From Vulcanimicrobiota bacterium (GTDB lineage: Bacteria; Vulcanimicrobiota; Vulcanimicrobiia; Vulcanimicrobiales; Vulcanimicrobiaceae): 64,000 nt of DNA. The stretch spans positions 608,001-672,000 of the forward strand of contig CAWETW010000003.1 in NCBI GenBank assembly GCA_963812155.1. Direction: 5' to 3'. The notes under the pieces were generated by a model, which was not told the DNA's origin, did no database searches, and saw only the letters and a list, made by a program, of their open reading frames with translations. The stretch's first letter is position 1. Every line of letters begins with the position of its first letter. Of the stretch, positions 18,448 through 29,172 are shown one piece after another. Made by a program: the position numbers and the translations under genes.

Positions 18448-19514
18448 CGCGCTTCGTCGCGCACTTCGACGTAGACGCTTTTTATGCGAGCGTCGCGGTA
18501 CGCGACGACCCGAGCCTGCGCGGAAAGCCCGTGGCGATCGCCGGCAGCAGCCGGCGTGCCGTCGTGCTCACCGCCTCGTACGAAGCGCGGCCGTTCGGCG
18601 TGCGCTCCGCGATGCCGCTCTACAAGGCGCGCGCGGCGTGCCCGCAGCTGGTCGTCGTCGCGCCCGAGATGGCGAAGTACCGCACCGTGTCGCGCGAGAT
18701 CTTTGAAGTGTTCGGCGCGCGCGGCCACGCCGTCGAAGGTCTTTCGCTCGACGAGGCGTTCGTCGACGTTGGTGACGGCGCCGGATTCGACGACGCGCGA
18801 GAACTTGCCGTGGCGATTCGGTGCGACGTCGCGTCGGCGACCGGGCTCACGGTCAGCGCCGGCGTTGCGGCCGGAAAAATGGTGGCGAAGATCGCGTCGG
18901 ATGCCTGCAAGCCGGACGGTTTGCTGGCGATCGCGCCGGGAGAGGAAACCGAGTTTTTGGCACCCCTGCCGGCCGGACGGTTGTGGGGCATCGGTCCGAA
19001 AACGCAACGGCGTTTGAGTGCGTTCGGAATTGAGACGATCGGCGATCTCGCGCGGCTCGACGACGCACATTTGCGCGAACTCTTCGGTTCGTGGGGCGAT
19101 CGGGTTGGGGACTTGGCGCGCGGTCTCGACCCGCGCCGCGTCGAGCCGGCGCGCGAGACGAAATCCATCTCAACCGAGGAAACCTTCGAGTACGACGTGC
19201 GCGACGAGCGCGAACTCGTCGCGATTTTGCGCGGTCAATCCCAGGAATTAGCCGAGAAACTCGAGCGCGACAACGCCGGAGCGCACACGATCGGCATCAA
19301 GGTGAAGCTTGCCGACTTCACGCTGCTCGGCAGACAGACGCACCTGGCCGAACCGACGCGTGCGGCCCGCGCGATCTTCCGCGCGGCAGTCCTGTGTTTA
19401 CGGCGGGCGCGGCTGGAAGGGGCGCCGGTGCGGCTGCTCGGAACGCGCGTCGCATCCATCGTCGAGGGTGCGCCGCTGCAAATCGGTTTGTTTGCGACAC
19501 ACGCGCCGAAGTGA
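18444..19514 (+). CDS. dinB: DNA polymerase IV
   Basis: HFDVDAFYASV, SYEARPFGVRSAMP, SLDEAF, AKIASDACKPDG. Confidence 0.94.
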   Translation: MTRFVAHFDVDAFYASVAVRDDPSLRGKPVAIAGSSRRAVVLTASYEARPFGVRSAMPLYKARAACPQLVVVAPEMAKYRTVSREIFEVFGARGHAVEGLSLDEAFVDVGDGAGFDDARELAVAIRCDVASATGLTVSAGVAAGKMVAKIASDACKPDGLLAIAPGEETEFLAPLPAGRLWGIGPKTQRRLSAFGIETIGDLARLDDAHLRELFGSWGDRVGDLARGLDPRRVEPARETKSISTEETFEYDVRDERELVAILRGQSQELAEKLERDNAGAHTIGIKVKLADFTLLGRQTHLAEPTRAARAIFRAAVLCLRRARLEGAPVRLLGTRVASIVEGAPLQIGLFATHAPK

Positions 19515-19520
19515 GACGGC

Positions 19521-20489
19521 TCACACGTGGTCGGCGTGCCAGCACGGGTCGGCGCGGCCCGAATCGGCAAGCGCCGCGACGAGGCGTTTCCCGCCGGCGG
19601 TAAGCGGCGCCGCCATAAATGCAGCGGTTCGCCGTTTGCGAACGGTGCCTGCCGGCAGCCATTCGCGCGCGCCTGCCGGCGGAAGCCAACCCGCGATGCG
19701 CCGCAAATCGCCCGCGGCCGCGCGCAGCAGCGCGGGTATCGTCGCCGCGTACTCCTGACCGGCGCACCCGAACTCGTCGACGACGTAGACGTCACGCTCG
19801 GGTACGCGCGCGCCCAATACGTAGGCAGACACGCTGCGGCCGCGCCGCAGCACGAGATCGGTTTGACGCAAGCCGTCGGTGAGCGCCTCTTCCCGCAGGC
19901 GTAAGCGTACGTACGCCCACGTCGCCGTGGTGCGCACGAAGCTCGACGAACGCAGCCCCTCGCCGAACTCGTAACACCGGCGCACGCCGGGCCAATCGCG
20001 CTCGCGTAACGCATCGGGCCGGAGCCGCTGTGCGGGAAGTGCGTCGGCGCGCAGGACGATCTGGCGCGACGGCAGCGCGACGAACCCCAAGTCCGCGTAG
20101 AACTGCGGCGCGATGTCGGAGAAAAGAAACGCGGCATCGTATCCATCGGAGCGGCCGGCGTCGAGCGCCGCCGCCAGCATCACGCTCGCGTAGCCGCGCC
20201 CGCGATAGCGCTCCGGCGTGAAGACGGCGCCGATGCCGAACGTGCGCAGCTGCACCGAGCCGGCTCGCGCAGCCCGGCCGTAGCGCTTGAACGACGCCAC
20301 CATCCGCTCGCCGTCGAAAAGGCCAAACGTTCGATAATGGCGTTTGCCGTAGGGGCTCTCGGCAATTGCGAGCAGTTGGCCGACGTAGGTGTCGAAGTCG
20401 CGCCGGCCCGTCCATAACGACGCCGTTTCCGGCATCACGTCGCGCACGTAGCCGGCAATGGAGAGCCGGCGCAGCGTTACTCCAGCCAT
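19521..20489 (-). CDS. GNAT-family N-acetyltransferase
   Basis: GIGAVFTPERYRGRGYA and LFSDI..FYADLGF; start overlaps the upstream helicase-like gene. Confidence 0.85.
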   Translation of the reverse strand: MAGVTLRRLSIAGYVRDVMPETASLWTGRRDFDTYVGQLLAIAESPYGKRHYRTFGLFDGERMVASFKRYGRAARAGSVQLRTFGIGAVFTPERYRGRGYASVMLAAALDAGRSDGYDAAFLFSDIAPQFYADLGFVALPSRQIVLRADALPAQRLRPDALRERDWPGVRRCYEFGEGLRSSSFVRTTATWAYVRLRLREEALTDGLRQTDLVLRRGRSVSAYVLGARVPERDVYVVDEFGCAGQEYAATIPALLRAAAGDLRRIAGWLPPAGAREWLPAGTVRKRRTAAFMAAPLTAGGKRLVAALADSGRADPCWHADHV

Positions 20490-22594
20490 TGCGTACCCGG
20501 CAGTTGCGCGCGGCGCAAGTCTTCGAGAAACTCCGGCGCGGCGACGCCCTTGGTCGGCTTCTGCGAAGCCGTGACGAGCGCGCAAACGCGTGCGCGCCGC
20601 AAGGCGTAGGCGAAGAGTTCTCGCTCGCGCTGGTTGTAGCGTTCGTTCGTCTTATTCCGATGAATGTAGTAACTGAACTTTGCCGTGCGCGATGCGCGGG
20701 CGTCGCCCGCATTTTCCTTGGGAATCATGCCGAGCCGCGGACTGTAGAGAAACGCGTCGGGCGAGTACCACCGCGGAAAGGCGCCGGCGCGCACGTCGGC
20801 CACCGCAACGCGATCGAATTCGCGACCGCGCGCGGCGTCGACGCTCAGCAGTCGCACGCCGTGCGCGCCGCCGTCGTCTTCGCAGGCCTCGAGATCGCTC
20901 GTCATGCGGCGCTGCGCGTACTCCAAAATTTCCTCCGTCGTCGCGCCGCCGCTTTCGCGCGAAAAGGAACTCAGACGCGCGATCAGCCGCTGGAGCACCA
21001 GTTGCTGCGCCGCCGCTCGCGCGGAGCCGGCCACGCCGTCGCGCGCGAGCCCCTCTCGCCAGACGACCCGTGCAAAGCGTTCGAACGGCAGATCGCGCAG
21101 CGCGATTAACCAACCCTCGCGCAGCGACCTGAAGCGCCCAAGCCGCGCGCGTGCCTCCGGCGTCAGCTGCGCGTCCTGCTCTGCGCGAACGACGTTCCAT
21201 CCGAGCCGCAAGTCGCGCTTTGGATCCCAGCGCGTCGCACGAGTTGTCGGCGCGGGATCGTCGTCGAAGACGAAGAGCGGCGTCTGCGGATGCGGCGGTT
21301 CGGTGCAGAGTAAGGCTAGCGAGGCGTCGGAGAGGGCCAACGCCGGATTGCCCAGCGTGCGCAGCATCCAATCGTGACGAAAGGGATCGACCACGTTCCA
21401 CAACAGCGCGATCGCATCCAGCGCACGGCGGTCGGCGAAAACGTTCGCGTCGCCCCCCGTGACGACGTTCACGCCGCGGTCGAGCAGCGCAGATTCGTAG
21501 ATTTCGGCGTGGCGGATCGAGCGCAAGAGGACGGCGACGCGTTCGGGCGGCGTTCCCTCGTCAAGCCACTCGCGCACGTGCCGCGCAACAAACGACGCCT
21601 CCGCGGCTCGCGAGGCCGCGCGATGCAGAAAAAGACGCGGCTCGACGTTCTCCGCAGGCACCGTTCGAACGCCGATCAGCCGCCGGCAGGCGATTTCGAT
21701 CGCGACCGGCGAGCGGTGCTGCTGCTCGAACGCGAAGTGCGCGGCGCCTTCGACGCTCGTAGCGCCGCACAGGGTCACACCGGCGAGGCGCGCGCCGAAA
21801 ATTTCGCGCAGCAATTGCAACTCGCCCGGCGTTGCCTCGGCCGCGTCGTCCACTAACGCGAAAGCGTGCCTCGCCCGCAACCGCTCGCAGCGAGCGGTGT
21901 CGCTGCGCAACGTTGCCACCGCCAGCGCAACCGCATCGCGTGCCGTGAGCCGCCGGCCGGCGGCGATGAGGTCGCAATAGCGCGTGTAGAGTTTGGCGAG
22001 AATCTTCGCGAGGTCGACTTCCCGCCGGTACTGGCGGCGCAGTTCGGCCGGCGTGACGTCGAGCGAGTCGTGGTATGCGCCCTTGACGCCGGCGAGCAGT
22101 GCGGGATCGGCGAAATTCGGCGGCCGGCCGTAAAACTCGGTCGCGCCGGAGAGTGAGCGCGCGAGAAATTCCTGCGGTTCTACCAGTGCGTCGCGCAACC
22201 GCCGGATGAGGCGAAATGCCGACGAAAGAAAACGGCTCGGCGAACGCAGCCCGGGAACCTCCGGATCGAGTTGTTCGGCGGCGAGCTCGTCCCATTCCAG
22301 CGCGAAGAGCGGCGCGCACGCACTCGCAAAGATGGCTTCGGCTTCGACGTCGTCGACGAGGGTGACGGGCGCGCCGGCATCGGCCAGAATGCCGGCGGCA
22401 AACGAGCCGAAACCGTGCGTTTGCGGAAACGACAACGGCTCGGCGGCGGGATGCAGCGCTCGCATGCGGTCCCGGCGCGCCGCGAGCGCGACGCTCTTAC
22501 CCGTTCCCGGCGCGCCGGAGATCGTCACGCAAATGTCGAGCGGAGCTTCGACGGCGCGGCACTGCTCGCCGGCGAGCGCGCTCGAAGCGATCAC
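20477..22594 (-). CDS. UvrD/AdnB-like SF1 helicase-fold protein with degenerate motifs
   Basis: Walker A GAPGTGKS; altered Walker B VDDAAE; VAVLLRS; motif V-like SVDAARGREFD; motif VI-like ERELFAYALRRAR; GTG overlaps the nuclease TGA. Confidence 0.8.
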   Translation of the reverse strand: MIASSALAGEQCRAVEAPLDICVTISGAPGTGKSVALAARRDRMRALHPAAEPLSFPQTHGFGSFAAGILADAGAPVTLVDDVEAEAIFASACAPLFALEWDELAAEQLDPEVPGLRSPSRFLSSAFRLIRRLRDALVEPQEFLARSLSGATEFYGRPPNFADPALLAGVKGAYHDSLDVTPAELRRQYRREVDLAKILAKLYTRYCDLIAAGRRLTARDAVALAVATLRSDTARCERLRARHAFALVDDAAEATPGELQLLREIFGARLAGVTLCGATSVEGAAHFAFEQQHRSPVAIEIACRRLIGVRTVPAENVEPRLFLHRAASRAAEASFVARHVREWLDEGTPPERVAVLLRSIRHAEIYESALLDRGVNVVTGGDANVFADRRALDAIALLWNVVDPFRHDWMLRTLGNPALALSDASLALLCTEPPHPQTPLFVFDDDPAPTTRATRWDPKRDLRLGWNVVRAEQDAQLTPEARARLGRFRSLREGWLIALRDLPFERFARVVWREGLARDGVAGSARAAAQQLVLQRLIARLSSFSRESGGATTEEILEYAQRRMTSDLEACEDDGGAHGVRLLSVDAARGREFDRVAVADVRAGAFPRWYSPDAFLYSPRLGMIPKENAGDARASRTAKFSYYIHRNKTNERYNQRERELFAYALRRARVCALVTASQKPTKGVAAPEFLEDLRRAQLPGTQWLE

Positions 22595-23883
22595 CGTGCG
22601 AAACGTTCGGGCGCGGAGGGCGGGCGATGCGCGCATGCGGTTGCATAGGCGCAATACTCGCAGGCGGCCGGATCGGCGGCGACCGAAAAATCGTGCAGGG
22701 AGCCGGAAGAGAGTTCCGCCCCGATCTCAATCATGCGCGTGCGTGCGCGCTCCAAATCGGTGACCGAGATCCTGCCCGACGGCGCGTCGGCGGCGCGGGT
22801 CTCCGTCACCGGTCCCGGGACGACCTCGAGCACGATCGGACGCACGTCGCGCAGCGCATCCTTGAGCGGGAGCAGCGCGAGCCGAGTCACCCGATCGCCT
22901 TCGGCGGTGCGGGCCCAGTAATAGAAAGGAAGCTGGAAATCGCGGAAGCGCCGGACCTTGTCGCGATACTCCGCGGCGCTCAGTGCGATACTTCCGGTCT
23001 TGTAGTCGACGACGCCCGTCCCGCCCGAACGCTCGTCGCGGTCGAGCCGGTCGATGTACCCGACGAAGGGATACCCGTCGAGATCCAGATTGACGGCGAC
23101 CTCGCGACCGACGACTTCGAACGGCGCTTCGCGCGCTTGCACGAGCAGCCAATCGACGTATCGCTGCGCCGTTCGGAGCGCTCGCCGCCGTTGGAGTTCG
23201 AACTCCACCGCGGTTTCGAAGCCCTCGCGCGTACGTTCGAACGCCCAGCGCACGCACTCGGCAACGCGCCGGCGCATCGCTTGCTCGTCGCTTTCGCGCG
23301 GACGCGGAAACTCGCCGTGAAAATCTTCGAGCGCGAGATGGAATGCCGTTCCATAGGCCGCGGCCGACGATCCCGGATCTTCGATCGCGGCGCACGCGTA
23401 GCGGTAGAACCATTTTCGCGGGCATTCGGCGTATGCGTTGAGCGCAGACGCACTGAAGTGCGTTTGGCGCGCGCTCACGCCCGACGCCGATTCCCGCTCG
23501 ACGGCGTCTGCTAGTTCGATCTCGCCGCCGGCGTCGGGTTCTGCTTGCGCGCGGACCGGACGCTCGAGCTCGAACGTTTCGGCGACGCTGGCGCGCAGCG
23601 ATGCGTCGTCGAGATCGGCAAGGCCCGCAACGCGCCGCGCTCGGGTCGCAAACGTCAGCGTCGCCTCGCGCTCGCTCGGCGTGATGCCCAGGCGCTGGGC
23701 GTCGATTGCTGCCAGCAGCGAGCCGGTGCGCGTCGCAAGCGTCGCGTATGCGGCCGCGACGTCGTGCGGAACTCCCGAGCACGGCGAGCGCAGCATCGCG
23801 ACCAGCGCCGGCGACGCGCCGGTTCGGCACCAGCGCACGGCGCTCTCGGCGAAGGCGCGAAGGGCCGTGGAATCCGCGAGCAC
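22591..23883 (-). CDS. PD-(D/E)XK RecB-family nuclease with Fe-S 'staple' cysteines
   Basis: FSASALNAYAECPRKW, GTAFH, GYIDRLD, VDYKT, QLPFY, CEYCAYATAC; start could be 23883 or 23922. Confidence 0.85.
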   Translation of the reverse strand: MLADSTALRAFAESAVRWCRTGASPALVAMLRSPCSGVPHDVAAAYATLATRTGSLLAAIDAQRLGITPSEREATLTFATRARRVAGLADLDDASLRASVAETFELERPVRAQAEPDAGGEIELADAVERESASGVSARQTHFSASALNAYAECPRKWFYRYACAAIEDPGSSAAAYGTAFHLALEDFHGEFPRPRESDEQAMRRRVAECVRWAFERTREGFETAVEFELQRRRALRTAQRYVDWLLVQAREAPFEVVGREVAVNLDLDGYPFVGYIDRLDRDERSGGTGVVDYKTGSIALSAAEYRDKVRRFRDFQLPFYYWARTAEGDRVTRLALLPLKDALRDVRPIVLEVVPGPVTETRAADAPSGRISVTDLERARTRMIEIGAELSSGSLHDFSVAADPAACEYCAYATACAHRPPSAPERFAR

Positions 23884-23943
23884 CGTGATTCCGTTAAGAG
23901 ACTCCGCCAGGCGCCCCTGCACGCGGCGTGTAACGGTCGCTCG

Positions 23944-24516
23944 ATGCGCCGAATCGTCGTGGGTATCAGCGGAGCGAGCGGAAGCGTGTATGGATACATG
24001 ACGCTACAGGCGCTGCGCTCGGTGGGCGGCGTGGAGACGCATCTCGTGCTGACGAGCGCCGCACGGCGTACGCTCGAGCTGGAGACCGAGATGACGGCCG
24101 ACGACTTCGAGGCGCTGGCCGACGTCGTTCATCGCGACGACGACTTGGCCGCAGCGATTTCGAGCGGCTCGTTTCTCACCGACGGCATGCTCGTCATTCC
24201 CTGTTCGATGAAGAGCGCCAGTGCGATCGCCTACTCGTTCAACACGAACCTGCTCGTGCGCGCGGCCGACGTCTGTCTGAAGGAGAGACGCCGGCTGGTG
24301 CTGGTCGTCCGCGAGTCGCCGCTGCATCTCGGACACTTGCGTACGCTCGCGCAACTCGCCGAAACCGGAGCCGTGATCTTGCCGCCGATTCCGGCGATGT
24401 ACGCCAACCCGCAAAGCGTGGACGACATCGTCGCGCACACCGTGGGAAAGGCGCTCGATCAGTTCGGCATCGCCAACGAACTCTTCAAGCGCTGGCGAGT
24501 CGACAGTGCTACGTGA
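23944..24516 (+). CDS. ubiX: Flavin prenyltransferase
   Basis: IVVGISGASGSVYG, ISSGSF, PCSMK, RAADVCLKERR, RESPL. Confidence 0.94.
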   Translation: MRRIVVGISGASGSVYGYMTLQALRSVGGVETHLVLTSAARRTLELETEMTADDFEALADVVHRDDDLAAAISSGSFLTDGMLVIPCSMKSASAIAYSFNTNLLVRAADVCLKERRRLVLVVRESPLHLGHLRTLAQLAETGAVILPPIPAMYANPQSVDDIVAHTVGKALDQFGIANELFKRWRVDSAT

Positions 24517-26453
24517 CGCCCGCTAGGCTCGCTGCGGCGCTGGGATCCGCCGTCGCGCTGGCGGCGTGCTCGAATACCAGCCTGGTTCCCATGCAAGCGA
24601 CTCGCGGCGCCCCGAGCGCCGCTGCCGGGCGAATGGCCGGCACCCTGCACCTCAAACCGTGCTTTCCCGAACGCGAGTACTATTGCGGAACGTTACGCCG
24701 CCCGCTCGATCCGGCCGGCCAGGTGCCGGGAACGATCGACGTCGCGTTCGCGTGGCTTCCGCATTCCGACGCTCGCCGGCGCGCGGCCGGCACGATCGTC
24801 GCGGTCGAGGGCGGCCCCGGATATCCGTCGATCGGTTCGCGCGCGCTGTATCGCGGCCTGTATGCGCCGCTGCTCGCGACCCGCGATCTGCTGGTCGTAG
24901 ACAACCGCGGAACCGGCGCGTCGGCCATCATCGACTGTCCGCCGCTTCAACGCGCGCCGCTGATGAAGCTGCATCAAGTCGCCGCGTGCGGCGCTCAATT
25001 GGGGAAGAAGTCGGATCTTTTCGGCACGGGCATCGCGGCCGACGACATGGCGGCGGTTCTCGCCGCGCTGCACGTTGCGCGCGTGGATTTCTACGGCGAT
25101 TCCTACGGCACGTTTTTCGTGCAGGCGTTCGCCGGGCGCCATCCGCATGCGGTGCGTTCCATCGTCCTCGACGGCGCGTATCCCGTAACCGGCGGCAGCC
25201 CGTGGTATCCGAGTTCGGGCCGGCAGATGCGCGATGCCTTCGATCTGGTCTGCCGGCGTTCCGACGTGTGCTCGAAACTGCCGGGATCGTCTCCGGAGCG
25301 CATCGAGCATCTGATCGCGGCGCTGCGCCGGGGGGACGCGCCGGGCATCACGGCGTCGGATCTCTCGTTCGTGATGGACTCGGCCGGTCTCGACCCGCTC
25401 GCGTATCGCGATCTCGACGCTGCGGCGCGCGCGATGCGCGACGGCAGCGATCTCGTTCCGTTACGGCGATTGGTGCGGGAGGCGTACGCCTACGACGAGG
25501 GAGCGGGCAGCGCGGCCAAGCGCTACAGCCAAGGCCTGTTTGCGGCGGCGAGCTGCTCGGACAATCCGCAAGCCTACGACATGCGGCTCGAACCTGCGCA
25601 ACGCGTGCGGCGCTGGCAAGAGACGCTCGCGCGCAAGCAAGCCGAAAGGCCGGACCTCTACGCTCCGTTCTCGATCGCCGAATTCTTGGGCATGCCGCCC
25701 GACTATGCGTACGTGCCGCTCTGCCTCCCATGGCCGGTTCCGTCGCGGTTGCATCCTTCGGGTCAGCCCGTTCCGCCCGGAACGCGCTTTCCGGACGTTC
25801 CCGTCCTGGTGCTCACCGGCGATCTCGACACGATTACGACGCCGCAAGAAGGGGATGCGGCCACGCGGCTCTTTCCGCACGCGCGTCACGTCATCGTCGC
25901 CAACACGGTGCACGTCAGTGCGCTCGACGACTACAAAGGTTGCGCGTCGGTCATCGTGCAGCGCTTCACCGAGTCGGAACGCATCGACGACGGCTGTGCC
26001 TCCCACGTTCCCGCGATGCACCTCGTTCCGTCGTTCGCGCGTTCGCTCGATGAGGTGATACCGGCGGCGCCGGCCTCAGGCAATCGGGGCACACCCGCAG
26101 ACCTGCGCGCCGCCGCGGCGTCAACGCTGGCCGCCGCCGACGTTCTCGCGCGCGCCTACGAGTTCACGCTCTCGTCGGGAACCGGATTGCGCGGCGGCAC
26201 CTTCTCGGCGGCCACCGCGCGCAGCGTCACGAGCGCCGCTCTTTCCGGAGTTGCGTGGACGCGGGATCTTTTCGTTTCGGGCACGGCGCAATCGGGAGCG
26301 CGCTCCGCGCGCGCGTCCGCGCATCTGACGCTGCAGGGTGCGGCGACTGGAACGATCGATGCAGCGTGGACGACGACCGGCAGCGGCACCGTCGCGACGA
26401 TTGCGGGAACCATCGGCGGCCGCAACGTCAATGCGACGATGCCGGCGCCATAG
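24513..26453 (+). CDS. Alpha/beta hydrolase lipoprotein (TAP-like peptidase fold)
   Basis: Lipobox LAAC, EGGPG, DNRGTG, nucleophile GDSYG, GDLDTITT, H. Confidence 0.85.
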   Translation: MTPARLAAALGSAVALAACSNTSLVPMQATRGAPSAAAGRMAGTLHLKPCFPEREYYCGTLRRPLDPAGQVPGTIDVAFAWLPHSDARRRAAGTIVAVEGGPGYPSIGSRALYRGLYAPLLATRDLLVVDNRGTGASAIIDCPPLQRAPLMKLHQVAACGAQLGKKSDLFGTGIAADDMAAVLAALHVARVDFYGDSYGTFFVQAFAGRHPHAVRSIVLDGAYPVTGGSPWYPSSGRQMRDAFDLVCRRSDVCSKLPGSSPERIEHLIAALRRGDAPGITASDLSFVMDSAGLDPLAYRDLDAAARAMRDGSDLVPLRRLVREAYAYDEGAGSAAKRYSQGLFAAASCSDNPQAYDMRLEPAQRVRRWQETLARKQAERPDLYAPFSIAEFLGMPPDYAYVPLCLPWPVPSRLHPSGQPVPPGTRFPDVPVLVLTGDLDTITTPQEGDAATRLFPHARHVIVANTVHVSALDDYKGCASVIVQRFTESERIDDGCASHVPAMHLVPSFARSLDEVIPAAPASGNRGTPADLRAAAASTLAAADVLARAYEFTLSSGTGLRGGTFSAATARSVTSAALSGVAWTRDLFVSGTAQSGARSARASAHLTLQGAATGTIDAAWTTTGSGTVATIAGTIGGRNVNATMPAP

Positions 26454-26462
26454 GAGGCGCTT

Positions 26463-27695
26463 GTGTTCACTGCGTACGTCGCGAGCGCGCTGCTCGCGTG
26501 CTGCGGTCACCGAGGCGGTGCGGCGCTTTCGGCCGCCTGGCCGCAACCCGGCATGGGTGAGACGCACGCCGCGCACAACGCGCTCGAAACGACGCTCGGT
26601 GCCGGCAACCTCGATAAGCTGAGGCAACTATGGTCGTTTCCGACCCGCGGCACGATCTCCGCGCCGATCGTCGTCCAGGGTGCGACGGCGTTCGTGAGTT
26701 CGGCCGACGGTTTTCTCTATGCCGTCAACGCGCGAACCGGAGCGCAGATGTGGAAGTTTCAAACGTTCACCGACGGACAGACGCAAGACGCTCCGATCGT
26801 GTCCGGCGAGCGCGTCTTCGTCGCGTGCCTCGCGGGCGGAAAGCCGCAGCACAACGGCATGTGCGCATTACGCATTTCGAACGGAAGGCTCGCATGGAGC
26901 TACTTTCGCGACTGTGAGTGTACGCCGGCGGCCGGCCTCGCGGGCGCACCGGTCGTCTTGGGAGCGACGCTGCTCGTTCCGTACTATCAAAGTGCCGGCG
27001 GCAAAACCGTGCTGCAAGTGGTCAACGGCGATACCGGAAAGCCCCTTTGGCAGTACGCGTATCCAGGCAGCAACGGCGGCGGCCCCAGCCCCGCGGCACC
27101 GGCGATTGCAAACGGTGCCGCCTATGCCGGAGAACAATTCAGCCGCAGCGTCTGTTCGGTCAATCTCTCCAACAAAGGCGAAGATTGGTGCTTGCCGACC
27201 GACGACGACTACAACTCGGTCGCGGTGTACAAAAACGTCGTCTACGTGAACACCTACAGCCACGGGGTTTTCGCGTTCAACGCATCCAACGCTTCGCAGA
27301 TTTGGCACGCCACGCCGGGCGGCACCTATTCGGGCACGAACGATCCACCCGCAATTGCGGACGGAATCGTCTACGTCGCGGGCATCGGGTTCGACGGAAA
27401 CCTGTACGCGCTCAAGGCAACGACCGGTGCATTGATCTATGCCACGGATCCCGGAAGCGGCGGCGCGGCGATCACGCAGTCCCCGCCATCGGTTGCAAAC
27501 GGCGTCGTCTACGTCGGATGCCGCTCCGGAGTTTGCGCCTTCAACGCGAGAACCGGAAAGCTGCTGCGCGCCTTCGGCACGCCGGGAGGCCGGCAGTCGC
27601 CGCCTGCAATCGTCAATGGCGTCGTCTACGCGACCTGCGGGGCAAACGCCGCCTGCGCATACGGGCTTCCCGCCGAGCGCCCCGCTTCACGCTGA
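26463..27695 (+). CDS. PQQ-like beta-propeller repeat protein
   Basis: Repeated LYA.NA.TG..W and P.(I/V)ANG.VY blades. Confidence 0.82.
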   Translation: MFTAYVASALLACCGHRGGAALSAAWPQPGMGETHAAHNALETTLGAGNLDKLRQLWSFPTRGTISAPIVVQGATAFVSSADGFLYAVNARTGAQMWKFQTFTDGQTQDAPIVSGERVFVACLAGGKPQHNGMCALRISNGRLAWSYFRDCECTPAAGLAGAPVVLGATLLVPYYQSAGGKTVLQVVNGDTGKPLWQYAYPGSNGGGPSPAAPAIANGAAYAGEQFSRSVCSVNLSNKGEDWCLPTDDDYNSVAVYKNVVYVNTYSHGVFAFNASNASQIWHATPGGTYSGTNDPPAIADGIVYVAGIGFDGNLYALKATTGALIYATDPGSGGAAITQSPPSVANGVVYVGCRSGVCAFNARTGKLLRAFGTPGGRQSPPAIVNGVVYATCGANAACAYGLPAERPASR

Positions 27696-29172
27696 CCCGA
27701 TACGTCCGCGCAGCGCGGGTTTGTCGATTTTGCCCATGGCGTTGCGCGGCAACGCGTCGACGAAGCGAATGTCTTTCGGCACTTTAAAACTGGCAAGACG
27801 TTCGCGCAGCGCGGCCTCGATCGCCCCGGCATCGAGCGTTTCCGCCGTTTCGACGAACGCGATCGGCAGTTCGCCGCGCACGGGATCCGGCTTGCCGACG
27901 ATCGCGCAGGCCCGCACGCCGGGCAGCGCTTCGATCGCGTCCTCCACCTCGCGCGGGTAGACGTTGAAGCCGCCGGAAACGATCAACTCTTTGATCCGTC
28001 CGGCGATGCAATAAACGCCGTTCGTCGCGTCGTACAGCGCGAGATCGCCGCTGCGATACCAGCGCTCGCCGGAAGCGTCGCTCACGAACGCATCGCGGGT
28101 TGCGCCGGGCTGTTCCCAGTATCCGCAAAACACGTTCGGACCGGCCACGAGCAGTTCGCCGATTTCGCCGGGGCGCCAGCGGCGTAGCGGTTCCGGGCGC
28201 GGCGACGCGCACGCGGATGCCGGGAAAGGTCGTGCCGACGCTCCCGGGAACGCGCGGTCCGGCATAGCGGTTTCCCAACGCAAATCCGAACTCGGTCGCG
28301 CCGTAACGTTCGAGAATCGACGCACCGAAACGGCGCTCGAAGGCACGGTGCACGTCGGCCGAAAGCGCGGCCGATCCGCAGACGTAGAGGCGCAACGGCG
28401 GCGGCGGCGTTTCGGCGGCGGCTTCGAGCAGCCGAACGTACATCGTGGGAACGCCGAAGAACATCGTCACGTCGCCGTGCGCTAGTCGTTGGAAGACGTC
28501 GTGCGCGTCGAAGCGCTCGCGCAGCACGACGCGGCTGCCGGCGCACAGCGACGACGTGAGCCCGGCGATCAATCCGTGAATGTGAAAGAGCGGCAGCGTC
28601 AGCAACAGCGTATCGCGCGCTTCCCAGCGCCACGCGCTCGCCAACTGCGCCGCAATGGCGGCGACGTTTTCGTGCGAAAGCATCGCACCCTTCGCGCGTC
28701 CGGTCGTGCCGCTGGTATAGACGATCAGCGCAACGTCGTCGCGCGCAGGTCGCGCGGGAGCTTCGAGCATCGGCAGACCGGCGTCTCGCGCCCACGTTTC
28801 GACCTGCCCCGCGTCGCAGATCGCGCCTTCGAAATCGGCGGCTTCGACGAACTGCGCCACGGTTGCGGAACGGACGACCAGCCTGGGACGGGCGTCGCGC
28901 AGCACGTGTCCGAGATCGCCGGCGCGGTAAAGCACGTTCAGCGGAACCGCAATCGCGCCCAACCGTAGCGCGGCGAGATACGCGTACGCGAAGGCGTGCC
29001 GGTTCTCACTGTAGATCGCGACGCGATCGCCGGCACGCACCCCGGCTTCGACGAAGCGGCCGGCAACGCGGCGCGCCCCGTCGTGCAGTTCGCGATAGGT
29101 GACTTCGTCGAGCGCCAATGCGGCGGCGCGATCGTGAAGCGCGCCGTCGAGCAGGTCGAGCAGCGCGCTCAT
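27687..29172 (-). CDS. Acyl-CoA synthetase (malonyl-CoA synthetase-like); apparent frameshift at ~28171
   Basis: YTSGTTGRAKG, LPLFHIHGL, ERYGATE; second frame gives SGD, GRIKELIVSGGFNVYPREVE, PRNAMGK. Confidence 0.88.
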
